DNA of 63,740 bases, filler included, from Octopus bimaculoides (GCF_001194135.2; 7 parts of 7 records of this genome joined end to end with filler, not necessarily neighbours in it), one strand, 5' to 3'; positions 23,110 to 36,475 are shown, counted from the first letter of the whole stretch. Numbers and translations are program-made. The notes: generated by a model not told the origin, from the sequence alone.

Positions 23110-24060
23110 CATTATATTCTGGTAATATGATCAATATCAATTGATAATTAGAACTAGTCACAACATTCTCACGAGATATAGGAATGGTGTCTGGGCAAGA
23201 TGAATGCTCAACCGAAGAAAGATAGTCGACGAGACGGACAATAAGTATTAAAACGGCTTGTTTAGCTCCACAATGTCTAATGATGAAAGCTACTTGGAAT
23301 CAGTGAGAATGTTGCATAGGTTGGTGCTGTGACTTGTTGTCGGCACTCCGTCGCTTACGACGACGAGGGTTCCAGTTGATCCGATCAACGGAACAGCCTG
23401 CTCGTGAAATTAACGTGCAAGTGGCTGAGCACTCCAAAGACACGTGTACCCTTAACGTAGTTCTTAGGGACATACAGCGTGACACAGTGTGACAAGGCTG
23501 ACCCTTTGAATTACAGGCACAACAGAAACAGGAAACAAGAGTGAGAGAAAGTTGTGGTGGAAGAGTACAGCAGGGTTCGCCACCAATCCCCTGCCGGAGC
23601 CTCAGGTGTTTTCGCTCAATAAACACTCACAACGCCCGGTCTGGGAATCGAAACCGCGAACCTATAACCGCGAGTCCGCTGCCCTAACCACTGGGCCATT
23701 GCGCCTCCACGGTGCTGTGACTAAAGCCAGGATAACAAAAGAGTTCTTCTGTAGACTCCGAAAAATATGGAACTCAGAGCCGTCTGCATTCAACAAGACC
23801 ATATCTGACAATGTTTTTGCAGTGCCAGTTCTAGTGCCAACATTTGGGACATTGGACTGGACACTCGACGAGATACGCAACCTGGACATCAAAACCAGAA
23901 AGATACTACCACTGGAAACTTCCACGTTAGCAGCAAACAGCGATAGGATTTATGTGAGACGAAGTAATTGCGGTAGAGGTATAAGGTAAGTTCAAACAAC
24001 CTTTGAATGTCGCATTGTATCATTCAGACAGCATCTGCTGAACAGTCAAGAAAGTCAGAA
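23110..24060 (+). mobile_element. R4/Dong-type (REL) LINE reverse-transcriptase C-terminal fragment, interrupted by SINE A
   Basis: With the SINE removed it reads TTFSRDIGM..DESY-LGISENVA*VGAVTKARITKEFFCRLRKIWNSE..NVFAVPVLVPTFGTLDWTLDEIRNLDIKTRKIL..DRIYVRRSNCGRGI; typical of R4/Dong-type RT thumb regions. Confidence 0.75.
23335..23710 (-). mobile_element. Full-length SINE family A with perfect 12-bp TSD
   Basis: TSD ggtgctgtgact at 23323-23334 and 23711-23722. Confidence 0.95.
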
Positions 24061-24089
24061 AACAGGATTTGGAGGCTGTCATTTTGTAC

Positions 24090-24545
24090 GTCACTGCACC
24101 TGTTGTCCACTGTAAACAAATGACGGACTTCTGCTTTACGCTCGCCATATAACTCCTCATAACATTTTTTATTTTTTGAAATTTTCAGAAGATTTTTGCG
24201 AATTTGGATTCTACATACGGGAATTCATACGATTATGCAAAAACCAAAACAAAATTTGGAGGGGCGGGCGTGATTTAAGGCCTATTTAGCTGTTATTTTT
24301 AGAACATAACACCACCTTAATGAATAGAATATATTTGTCAACACGTGTTTTCTCGCTTGGCTTGTTACTATGGAAACAGGCATGAATGTATCTGTTACTT
24401 ACGATTGGCTAAAATTACCCCAAATTTGCAAATTTTAAAAGCTATTAACTCTTTATAGATTTATGGCGAAAATGAATTTCAAGGTATTGATTAGCATATA
24501 AGACCATATCATTACACCAAATATGAAATCAATTCGAGCAGGAAT
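24090..24545. mobile_element. Possible non-autonomous DNA transposon remnant (Kolobok-like end, TTAA)
   Basis: caccacc|TTAA at 24310-24320 resembles a Kolobok-type RR-TIR/TTAA junction; no partner TIR found. Confidence 0.2.
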
Positions 24546-24584
24546 TGAAAAGATTGAAATTGGCAGCTAAACAGCAAAAAAAAT

Positions 24585-25319
24585 CAACGGTTACCACCAC
24601 CACCAAAACCACCGCCACCACCGCCGCCGCCGCCGCCAGCAACAACACCAACATCGCAACTGCCACCACTACCACCACTACTACACCCACCGCCACCAAC
24701 ATCGCAACCACCATCACTATCACCACCAGCACCACCAACACCATTATCACCACTTCTGCCGCCGCCGCCACCTCTAACATTTGGAGTATCTTGTTCCACC
24801 ATCGTCTTCACCACTATTATTGCTGTCACAACGTCACCAATATAATCAACATTACACCACCACCACCGCCACCGCCACCACCACCACCACTGCCGGCACC
24901 TCACCATGTCCCCGTACTAACACATTAAATATTATTATCACATTAATATTATCATCACGAAGGCATTGATTACCACTACCACCACAACCACCACCGCCAC
25001 CATCACAATTATCACCACACCCATATCTACTACGATTACCAACGCTACAGCCACCACAACACCATACACCATCACCACCACTAGTAAGACTACTATTACT
25101 ACTGAAAATATTGATAATAATAATACTATCACCGAAATAGTCACCACCACTACCACCACCACCACTACCACTACCACCACCACCACCACTACCACTACCA
25201 CCACGACTATTACCATAGCAATAACTTCGCCACCACCCACAATAACAGCGACAACAAGATATCGATATCTGTACCTGTAGGACAACTACCACCACCACAA
25301 CCACCACCACAACCACCAC
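24585..25319. repeat. (ACC)n/(ACT)n/(GCC)n trinucleotide low-complexity tract
   Basis: Simple repeats; source of the poly-T/poly-V/poly-G ORFs. Confidence 0.9.
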
Positions 25320-25419
25320 NNNNNNNNNNNNNNNNNNNNNNNNNNNNNNNNNNNNNNNNNNNNTTAATTAATTAANNNNNNNNNNNNNNNNNNNNNNNNN
25401 NNNNNNNNNNNNNNNNNNN
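25320..25419. other. Artificial scaffold spacer: 44 N + TTAATTAATTAA + 44 N (also at 39932-40031, 53799-53898, 56309-56408, 60270-60369, 62455-62554)
   Basis: The same 100-bp structure occurs six times, always embedded in N. Confidence 0.95.
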
Positions 25420-25472
<53 letters not shown>

Positions 25473-26899
25473 ATATATATGCATATATATGAAAATATTG
25501 TTTGGAATATCAGTGGCTTAGCATGCGTAAAAACCCATAACAGTATAAAAAAATTATCGGTTAATAATGAAGGGTAGTCTCAATTACACAGACACACAGA
25601 CACACATACACACACATACACACACACACATACACGCACACACATACACACACACACACCCACAGAATATATGTTTTTATACAGAATATATAAAGTGTTG
25701 TCAACTGCCGCAATGTATTAGGTTTACCACTAAAACTCTGGCTTGAAGTCTAGCTGAACGTACGATGTCGAGACTGCTTATCAGAAGCGGCTATAAGTGT
25801 ATTTTCCTTCAGCAGGTAGATATAGGTTAAGATAAATATGAAAAGTAAACAGTTTGACATCACTTGAAAATAAAAATTAATTTAGCAAGAGAATATAGAT
25901 ACATAGAGTTTGTTACCGCTCTTTCATTCACGCAAAGCGCGTGAATCATTTATATTAAGTAAGGATTCCATAGCTTGAGAATCAGAGAGGAAGGAGTCGG
26001 AGAGATGTCAAAGTGAGGGAATATCACTGATATTAGTGTATTCCTTCTTGTCAAGAATGCGGGAAAGATAAGAGTAAAATAGGAATGCGTTAGGAAGATC
26101 CATGATCAAATGAAAAATAATTGCTATGCCGGTTAGCAGTTTCAAATGAGAATGTTCGATGATAATCCATGGCGTGAAATAGTGGAAGGTACCAGTTCCA
26201 TTTCTGGATACAGGATAATTGAAGGTAGAATAGAAATATTACAGTACATTCAGGAGGAAAGACAAACGTGTGGATGTAGTAGAATAGATATACATTAATT
26301 CGTTGCTGGAGACAGCTAGTAAAGCAGAATAATAATTTCCCATACTAGCAATGTAATTCGTTTCCAGAAAAATATTTTACCAATAAAATTTATAAACGCG
26401 CAAATAAATGGCAATAAAACAACAGTAGAATGTAAAGAATGCTTATGTAATATAAAAAGAATATTAAGTTCATTTATAATTTAAAATATTATTATAATCG
26501 TTTTCTGAATCACGTTCACTCACACTAGACTCGTGCACACTATCACTTGTAGACGCGATCGTCCATTCACAGGCACGCGAAGATGGACTTGTTTGTTTGT
26601 TTAGAAGAAGCTTTTTTTTTTCGCTCTCTGTAAATTTCTAGGTAAGTAGAAACGTTTGCACTTCGTTATAAATTTGGATCTTTTGCTTGAAATATTTCAG
26701 TTCACCATACAATAGTGAGCTGAAAATTAAAACTCATAAATCTGGTGTCTCGTAAAGCGAGTCTTCGTAGAGTGAGGTATTACTATAAACTAGTTAGTAT
26801 AGATAGGCACGTACTTGTCTCAAGAGGTTAGGAAGTGCATGTATAAAAAGAAAGTGATGAAGAATAGCAGATGTGAGATACAGTCAAATGACCACCAAT

Positions 26900-27782
26900 G
26901 ATGACCAGTGTTGACAAAAATGGGAGAGAGAGGTTAGTGAGGGAATAGAGTGGTTGTAAAAGGTAATGAAGATTTAATGTGAAAGGGAGCTTGATATTAA
27001 TGAAAGTAAGGGCAGGTTTAGGACTCATCTGGTTGTAGTGATGCTAGAAAAAGATGCTCGTTATATTAAATATAAAATTGAAAATTTAGAATTTAAAGAT
27101 TTGTGGTGTTAATGAAGGTGTATGCTCACTGGGAACCGATGGATGAAAATAAAGATATAAAACGATAAATCAACAAAAGTTACTGGTAAATATACATAAA
27201 TAAATAAATATATTGGAGGACATTTATTTACTAAGTTTATGTACTGCGCAAATTATAGGGACTAGGGATGAAGGAACTATAGGAACTAGGTATCAGTAAA
27301 TAAATTAGTGAAGAGAGCTGGAAAGATGGATTAATTTTGTGCAAATTACCAATTCGTATATAGCTCCAAACCATGAGAAGAATGGCCCAGGAGGAGTTTG
27401 CAACTGAGAGGGTATTCTATTAGTTATAATTTAGGTGGAAGGTGTTAAATATAGAATAAAGAAGAGAATGGAATAAAGAAGAGAAAGGTAGGATAATATG
27501 TAAAGATACTGTGGATATATCAAATAAATTAGGTATGATGCCTCAGCTAAATGTTACTGACAATCAGTAGTAGTTGCTTTTATGCATTTAGACTCGTGGT
27601 AGAACTTCAATGACTTCAGAAATCTGTTGGTAGACATAGAGTAGGCTTCATGCTGCTTGTTTAATAATTGTGCAAGATTATGTGACAAAATTTGCAGAGT
27701 TTCCTTCAGACACAGCCATCAGGGAGCATGCTGGCTTTGGTATGAAGGGTTTAAGTCTATGGTAAGCGAAGCTATGGTATGT

Positions 27783-27833
<51 letters not shown>

Positions 27834-28420
27834 AAGAAACGTGAGAGAGAAAGGGAGGCAGACCGTTAAATATCGTCATATTTGTGAAAGATGAACATTA
27901 AATATTAGTTTCACTACAAGAATTATCTTATATTAACATTTGGTTCACTTCGACCTCCAAGAACCACAAGTATTGATTGTATTATTTATATAGATAGCTT
28001 TTCCTCAGCGTATTTGAATTTGGTAAGTGCTCGGGGGTGATCAGTCTCACATTAAAGACTACGAATTACGTTTGGTGGTGAAGATTGCCAAAGATTTTGT
28101 TTTTTTAATTCGTTGGATGGTACATATTGAAAAGGAGGGTAAAGAGATATTGAGAGAAGAAGAAGAAGAAGAAGAAGAAGAAATGAAGAGAGTGTTGTTA
28201 GAAATAAGACTGGAGGCAACCGTATACATTTTAGTCAAGAAAAGCAGGATGTAAATGAGACGGAGGAAAGGTGTGGAGGTTGTTGAGAAATTTGTTTATT
28301 TGACTTCAAAATGTAAAACATCGGTGGCTGTATTTGGTCGATGATAGTAGAGAATGGTCTAAATGGAATTGAGTCTGATAAGTGGAAAGATTTGGAACGT
28401 ATTTATAAACGATGAAATCG
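26900..28420 (+). mobile_element. Heavily decayed RTE-type LINE (endonuclease and RT remnants)
   Basis: Scattered motifs: VVLMKVYAHW..DENKD (VYAPT-like, about 27105), SVGRHRVG (about 27625), GVEVVEKFVYL (EVVDKFTYLGS-like, about 28275); purine-rich sense strand; many stops. Confidence 0.4.
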
Positions 28421-28719
28421 TTTATAAGTAGATAAAAGGGAATTGAAGGTCAAAGTGCAATTCGTCTCATACTGATGAAGTTAACAGAGACAAAGAATCA
28501 AACGATAAGAATAACGAGATGAAAGATAAAACGACATTTCCTTCTGAAACAGACTACTACTTCCAGACAAAATTAAGAAGAACGAAGAATTATTCACCTT
28601 TAATCAATGGGGATAAGGAATCAAAAGTATTACAAAATCAAAGACAGATGAAATATGGAAACATCTTCAAGAAAATAAGAAATAATCAAACAGCAAAAAT
28701 GGTAAATTGGAAATTGAAA

Positions 28720-31640
28720 GAAAATGTGGCGTTTGAATTGATTGAGTGAATATAGAAGAAGAACAAGTTTAAATTTGAAACTCCTGAAAATTTCTGTTCA
28801 ATTGGAACGGTAACATTAGAACCCCAAATGATACCTTTAGAACCACTTAAACAATCGTTGAAAGGCAGTATATTAGAAGTAAAGTAAAACAAAAAACACC
28901 TTTCTTGCTTTCAAAATGATTGTCGTTGTAGTCATTGGTTCTGATAATGATGCGTGTTATGCCTATTTTCAGAAGTCGGTGGTAAATGTATGATAGCGTT
29001 GGGTAACCTTTTCCACTTCTAAATACTGATCACAAAGACCCGTAGATCAGATGGGAAGTATGTGTCCTCAAATGGTTTCTATATCCATCGGTTAATGATC
29101 AAACAAGAGAGATATGTAGTCCATCAGTTCTGCAACACTTCAAACAGTTCTCAGCGGATATTTACGCAAAGATCGATTCAGAACATGATATCAGAATAAT
29201 TCCAACTAAGCTGAAAGTCGAAAAATAATTTCACGTCAGAGATATCTTAATCACCGATAAAAATACAGGGAATATTGTTCAACTTGCCATCTTGCTATTC
29301 TCTTTCACGGGAGATCTAAGATGCAAGGATGAAAGAATACATTCATAATGTTTATATCAGAATATTTGAACGTATTGATCTGATAAATACCTTTACATGA
29401 AATCCAAAATGGACTGAAATAGGAGATGATTTTTATCGAAACCAACAACACCAACATCCGAAGGTTAGCGCCGTAAAGGGATTGATTCCCTTTAAAATGT
29501 GAATAAATTGAAGGAACTATTGTTCAAAGGTTTTATCTGAATGAGATTTTGCTGTTTCATATTCTCTATAAAATGGCAGAAATCTGCCTTATCTCTGCTC
29601 ACCTTTAGAGTTTGCTGGAATATAAAATTCGGGAAAGTGAAATTGTCGATATTCTGTCAACTGAAATAGTAGAGAAGAACCCCGTTTCTACCCCTTATTA
29701 GATTGCGAAAAAACATACCACAACAGTTTACGTGAAATATTTGAAACGTGAACTATTTGAAACGTGAACTATTTGCACGGAAGATACAAAGGTATTTGCA
29801 AAGAGAAGAAATACCTGCATCATTTTCTAGCTGCATAACAAACCAGTGACGGGAGATGTCGAATGTAGAGGAGGAAGAAACCAGATGAAATAGGAGCCCC
29901 GATGGACACAATTGAGCATGAAAAGTCCACCATTAAAGGAGACACTCGGTGAATAGTCTTATATTCATCAATAGACAGCCTCAATGTTAAATGTTATTGT
30001 TCAATCAAATCGGTTACGTATCTGGGGCAATTACGTGAACAAACGAGCGTTTCAAGCTGTCTTTCCAGTCCTATATTTGGATCCAAACGCGGATGAACAC
30101 ATATAACTGAACCAGTGGGCTGTGTCAAGAAAATTTTGAAATTTCTCATTCATGAACACCTTGCATGGTCATCTAGAAACTTATGACCTTATTTACTTAG
30201 AAATATATGTACGTGATGTCATCCAACGATGTCTTCAGTTCAGATGTATATTATTCTTTCAAGTATGGCAAACAGAACCATTTGCCAAACTTTCTTTATT
30301 CTATTGTTTTCTGACATTTTCTTTCAGCAAGTGAAAAATGATTCCAAACGTCAGAAAAATTCCCCTTTAACAGACAGACGCCTACATTCTCCATCCTTGT
30401 AAGTTTGAATGTTGCGTGGGGTCTTTTTACCTTCTTTTTTAGTCGCTGCCTCTATTGTGCCCTCAACTCAAATGTCCTCCTCCAAACTCATGTACCAAAC
30501 TTGATTTTGTAGTTTCAGAGAAAAATGCCATCACCTCTTCTTTGATAAATGATAATCGCTAGAATAAACTATTATAAGATATCTGTGCTTCGCAATTTCC
30601 ATCCAAACTCTTTTCCAAAGACTTAGTTCCTAATGTAATTCTTGCCATCCGATGTCTCTTTACGAAAAGCATGGATACTCGATGTCAGAATGCATCTTAA
30701 ATTAGTCGATCACCAACATGCCTAAACCCCTATCGGACTTGATAATTGATATGTTCATCATGTCACTGTTCAAAGTAGAAAATGCGGTTCAGTCAATGTG
30801 AAGAAAAACTTTAAATGATTGATGCTTTTAGTGACCTGAAATGTAACGTAAATATTCAATGAACGATGGTGGTTTAAGAAAAATGTCATAACAACTTTTA
30901 TTTTATTGGCTGTGTTACAGAACTTCTGAAAAACTGATATGAGATCAAAGAAGTCACTATGAAGTGTTTGCTGATTCAACGGAGCAAAGGAAACTATTTT
31001 TGTAGGTACATCTGGAGGAACTGGCAGAGCATTTCTTATCAACCTCGATAAAAGCCAAAAAATCTTGTTGCAGCCTTCCTTCTCCGATAAATCTGCAACA
31101 GCTTTCACAGGAGAAAGAGCAATTCATTTCGAATCTATGTTTCCGCCCAGATACGTTCGTTTGTAGCATTCAGGGTTCTTTGCTGCAACAAAAACTGAAG
31201 CATGGATGTGTTGCTCTCAAATATTCTCGACTCTATGGAATGACTGAGGAGTAACCCGTAATATTTGGCCCTTCACGCTTGGTTCGGACAGATTGAAACA
31301 TAAGAATACCATTCCACGTATCGATGGTACTACCTCTGCAACGTAAACCACTAACACTCACCAGCAAACCTTTCATTTGCTACGAAAAACAACGAAATCG
31401 AATAATCTTAAGAATCCGCATATTTCTTTATCCTCGGTTGGGAATAGTTCAATTTGGTTCTTCATAGTAAAAATAACACTGAAATTGTTGTAAATCAGCA
31501 GACATTCCAATAGACAATGGAAAATTACTGAACAGAAACTAATTCATTTAGATAATTTGGGGAAATTAATGCCATATTTTGGAAAACAGCATCATTTCCT
31601 AGAGAATAAAAACAATATGAGAGTCACATTATATTTTCAG
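28720..31640 (+). mobile_element. Decayed Helitron RepHel (HUH Rep + PIF1 helicase N-half) pseudogene
   Basis: Collinear motifs: FETPENFCSIGTVTL..PLEPLKQ; GFYIHRLMIKQ; DIYAKIDSE; IDLINTFT*NPKWTEI (Rep motif 1, about 29375); FSIKWQK..AHL (motif 2, about 29565); RRKKPDE..TR*IVLYS..SIKSVTYL; KILKFLIHE..HLE; FVGTSGGTGRAFLINL (Walker A, about 31000); EINA; NNMRV (about 31615). Many frameshifts and stops. Confidence 0.9.
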
Positions 31641-34194
31641 TTTTATATTCGTTTATTGAATTTATGCAATTTAATAAGCATCAACTCGTACCGTTTTCAG
31701 AACAGCTTCACTGCAGCAATTCTGAGTGAAATAGCTTCACCAGAGATTCTCTGTATTGACAAAGATATTCTTAATTATGTTCACTAGGATATTGGGATTT
31801 CATGCAAATCTTTGTATTTTAGCTATTCATGAACATGACGAAANNNNNNNNNNNNNNNNNNNNNNNNNNNNNNNNNNNNNNNNNNNNNNNNNNNNNNNNN
31901 NNNNNNNNNNNNNNNNNNNNNNNNNNNNNNNNNNNNNNNNNNNNNNNNNNNNNNNNNNNNNNNNNNNNNNNNNNNNNNNNNNNNNNNNNNNNNNNNNNNN
32001 NNNNNNNNNNNNNNNNNNNNNNNNNNNNNNNNNNNNNNNNNNNNNNNNNNNNNNNNNNNNNNNNNNNNNNNNNNNNNNNNNNNNNNNNNNNNNNNNNNNN
32101 NNNNNNNNNNNNNNNNNNNNNNNNNNNNNNNNNNNNNNNNNNNNNNNNNNNNNNNNTATATATATATATATATATATGTACAAATACAGATTTATATACA
32201 AATGTTCATATATGAAAATATGTATATGTTTATATATGTGTGCGTGTGCTATTGTACATGAATATACACGCGCACACTGACCCTCTCACATAGATACAGA
32301 CATACACAAACCTTCAAATACATACATATATCTAGAACGGGAGAGACAGAGAGAGAGAAAAATAAAGATAGACAGACTTTGATAGAGAGAAGGGGAATGC
32401 ATCTGTATACTTACATATACAAATATATATGTGTGTGTGCGCGCATGTGCACGTGTATGTGTGTGTGCGTGTGTGCATGTGTGTATGTCTGTTTGATTGT
32501 TTGTTTGTGTGTGTGTGAATGTATGCGTTTGTGTTTGCAAAGGAAATAAATTTTAGTAATTTTGAATAAACGAGTAAAAATGTTATTTGTCTCAACAATT
32601 GATAATACCGAATTTCAAAATAACTCTTGCAAATAATTCAAATATTACACACACATACAAACACACCAACGCACACACATATATACATACATGCACACAC
32701 ATATATATACAACGGAATATCCCATAGATTTTGCTACATCTAACAGAATTTTTTCTGGTATTTGTCATTTATTTCACTACCATCCCCATCATCATCGATG
32801 ACATAACCGTGAAACATGTAAAGGACACCAGAGTGAACTGTTGATGGAAGTTATGTGTGTGTATGTGTGGTACAGAGACGGGGAGAGAGAGAGATAGATA
32901 AAGAAACAGAGAGGATTGTAATTCGAAGTTTGAAACCTAAAGAGCCTGATGGCTAAGGCTCTGCTGAGTAAGAAAACCACACTTAAATACTTAGATGTTT
33001 ATGGCTGTTGTATTATTGTCTCCAAATATTTTTCCCGACTCACGCAGCTCACCCTTCCATTGTTCTTGCAATTACTAAATCATTTGAACTTATTTTAGAT
33101 TTTTGTTTTCGTATTGAGTCTCCACGACAGAATACCGTTTCTTATTTGAATTGCAGAGAAATTTTGCAGCAGATTTATCTCTGCCGCTTTAATTATTATA
33201 AACCATTTTGGAACACCTTCCTACGTTTCACCAAAATAACATACACCACACGTACATGTGCATACACACACACACACACACACAACACAAAATGTTAGCT
33301 AACTGTGTTATATTAGGCATTTTTCTTGCATGTATGAAATACCCACACATTTTGAGAATGTCTTTTACATTTACGTTTTTGTGTATACTATTTAGATGAA
33401 AAACGGTATACATTCGATTTCGTTTATTTAGTCATTCAAATTTTGAAGTTTATTACGAGTGTTCATGTTGTTGCTATAATTGTTACTATCGCTGTCGGTT
33501 TGAATGTTACCAAAAAGATCTACATTTAATAGTCAAAGAGGCGACAAAGACTAAAACATAGTACTGAACATGTATCGCCTTTTTATCGTCCCCTTTGTCT
33601 CTGATACCCGTATAAGATTTTCCACAGTCCCTAGAGGTGGTACCGCCCACTTTGTAAACAACAGTTTTAATTGGTCACTTAACTGCAAGATATAACGAGG
33701 AAATCTTCTTTAAACCACGGCAAATTATCGTAGAAAGACGAGAGTGCGTTAGCAAAAGTATTTCAGACGAAATTGTTGCTATAGATTTTTAAAAAATGAT
33801 AAAAATAGGTTTATATTTAAATGGTTAATATTTTAGAGCTGGTCTGTTGGGTGGGTTAGATTTGGGACTGAAGTGCATAAATAACAGCACGACACAAAAG
33901 AAACTTACGGAACACAAGATAGAGTGGACAACTGAGGGGAGAGAGATGAAGACAGAGACAGACAGAGAAAATAAATGTGAAGAAAAGAGTGAAAAGTGCT
34001 TTCCTGGTTCATTTAATATTGTTTTAAAGGGAGAGGTGCGAGGGCCAACATTGGGGATAAACATCATAAATAGAACAACAGTTTAGATTAAAGAAATTGT
34101 AGTTTTAAGTTGACTTCACGCTAGTCCTGGAATGCGTTCGAGCGGGTGTTTTTGTTTGCGTACGTACACGACAAGTGTCAGAGTGTTTGTGTGC

Positions 34195-34228
<34 letters not shown>

Positions 34229-34460
34229 GGGGTGGGTGTGTGTGTGTGCGTGTGTGCGTGTGCGTGACGGGCGTTTGTGTGTTTATTTGGGTTAATGGTT
34301 CTATCTATAATCACTACGAAGCTAATTACAGTCCACCCGATTACAGTCTTTGCAAATTAAAGACGTTAATTACATACTTCTAACATTTACTCACCATAAA
34401 ACGTCGTTCCTAGAAATTATGAGATCGCTTTACAGCGATGGTAACGGAGCCAGAGATTAT

Positions 34461-34492
<32 letters not shown>

Positions 34493-34554
34493 TACAAGCA
34501 CATAAACCTACATACCCAAACAGACACACTCACAACAGCCTATATATTTATCTT

Positions 34555-34850
34555 TTATCCCTTACTTGTATAAGTCATTGAACTGCAGCCATGCTGGGGC
34601 ACCGCTTTTAAGGGTTTAGTCGAACAAATAGACCTCAGTATTTACTCTTTTTTTAAATGAAGAACTTATATTATTAAATCTTAGTCCAAACCGTTAAGTA
34701 ACCAGGACGTAAACAAACCAAGGCCTGTTGTCAGATATAGATCTGTTGGTCAGTTGAAGGTTATAGAAGGAGACACTTCCTCAAGGTGTTACACTGTGGG
34801 ACTGAACCCAAACCTACGTGTTTCGAGAGCAAACTTCTTGCCACAGAACT
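34555..34850 (-). mobile_element. Decayed composite SINE C-E
   Basis: E segment (agtcattgaactgcagccatgctggggcaccgc) followed by a C-like segment (cactgtgggactgaaccc). Confidence 0.6.
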
Positions 34851-35133
34851 ACGAGGGTTTCTTTGCATGTATATACGAAATGGTGGTGCAGGCGTAATCG
34901 ATCAAGCTTATAATCAATCAATCACATTCCAGGAATGACACTCACCCCTTGCTTCTAACACTGTATTTTCTTATTTGTGTTTATTGCTCCCTTGTATTTT
35001 TAATTTTTTAAAGTTTTTCTTTTTTCTTTTGTATTTGAAAACAGTAGTTTTTGATTTCATAGACACTTTACTCCTATTTCTGACATTTCGTGACACGGTA
35101 GGTTTTCGCCATTCTTCCCCCTCTCTCTGTTTG

Positions 35134-35164
<31 letters not shown>

Positions 35165-36299
35165 GCATGTGTGTGTATGTATGTGCGTGCCTGCGTGTGG
35201 ATCTAAGTGTGCATGTGCTTGGTATGTGTATTCTCGTTTGTTTGACANNNNNNNNNNNNNNNNNNNNNNNNNNNNNNNNNNNNNNNNNNNNNNNNNNNNN
35301 NNNNNNNNNNNNNNNNNNNNNNNNNNNNNNNNNNNNNNNNNNNNNNNNNNNNNNNNNNNNNNNNNNNNNNNNNNNNNNNNNNNNNNNNNNNNNNNNNNNN
35401 NNNNNNNNNNNNNNNNNNNNNNNNNNNNNNNNNNNNNNNNNNNNNNNNNNNNNNNNNNNNNNNNNNNNNNNNNNNNNNNNNNNNNNNNNNNNNNNNNNNN
35501 NNNNNNNNNNNNNNNNNNNNNNNNNNNNNNNNNNNNNNNNNNNNNNNNNNNNNNNNNNNNNNNNNNNNNNNNNNNNNNNNNNNNNNNNNNNNNNNNNNNN
35601 NNNNNNNNNNNNNNNNNNNNNNNNNNNNNNNNNNNNNNNNNNNNNNNNNNNNNNNNNNNNNNNNNNNNNNNNNNNNNNNNNNNNNNNNNNNNNNNNNNNN
35701 NNNNNNNNNNNNNNNNNNNNNNNNNNNNNNNNNNNNNNNNNNNNNNNNNNNNNNNNNNNNNNNNNNNNNNNNNNNNNNNNNNNNNNNNNNNNNNNNNNNN
35801 NNNNNNNNNNNATATATATATATATATATATATATATACATGTGTGTTTACGTATTAACGTATACATCTGTGCGCTAGTATTGTCGAAGAATTATTGCTA
35901 TATTAAGATTGTAATCTTTCTCCAGTCTCTACAATATGCAATGAATCTATTTGTTATATACAATGTCCAATTTATCAAAATGACATCTTATCAATCGGAA
36001 CGGCAACTCACTACTCTAAAACAAACATAAACTTAGGCTTCGATTACATTTCTAATTATTATTAAATCGATCATCAAGCGTAAGGGGCGTCTACATAACG
36101 ACAACTTCAACATCGATTTCAAAGTAAACATCGAATATGACACAACAGTTTTTATTTCATATTCTCCGTTCCCTTGATGTCTCTATTCTAAATACTGAAA
36201 TCAAACCTTCCAAAACCAACAACAATTTCAGCAGCAATAATTGTGTCAGCAGCTATAATTATACAGCAGAAATCCCCAGACATACTTTACTCGTGTACA

Positions 36300-36475
36300 A
36301 AATGCTTAGCGGCAATTCTTTTGCCCCTTTATGTTCTGCGTTCAAGTATCTGTTAACGTCGACTTTGTGTTTCTTGCGCTTGCAGTCGCTGAAATAAAAT
36401 ACCACTCAAGCATTGTGGCGAACGCAATGGTTTAAACTCCTCCAACTAAAATTCCTGGCTTTGTGTTAAAGTTAA
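36300..36475 (+). mobile_element. Decayed SINE family D
   Basis: aaatgcttagcggc..gcgttcaa..gtcgactttgtg..ataaaataccac. Confidence 0.5.

Noticed and set aside
24529-25319. Mucin-like Thr-rich or Gly/Val-rich ORFs
   Set aside because: Open in several frames on both strands, as expected for (ACC)n tracts; the same holds for 40905-41459 and 42882-43245.
25364-25375. Conserved TTAATTAATTAA motif as a regulatory or homeodomain site
   Set aside because: Always centred in 44+44 N; an assembly linker.
30770-31108. Minus-strand ORF with NHHRSLNIYVTFQ, resembling a Polinton packaging ATPase
   Set aside because: It is antisense to the Helitron helicase Walker A region, which explains the locus better.
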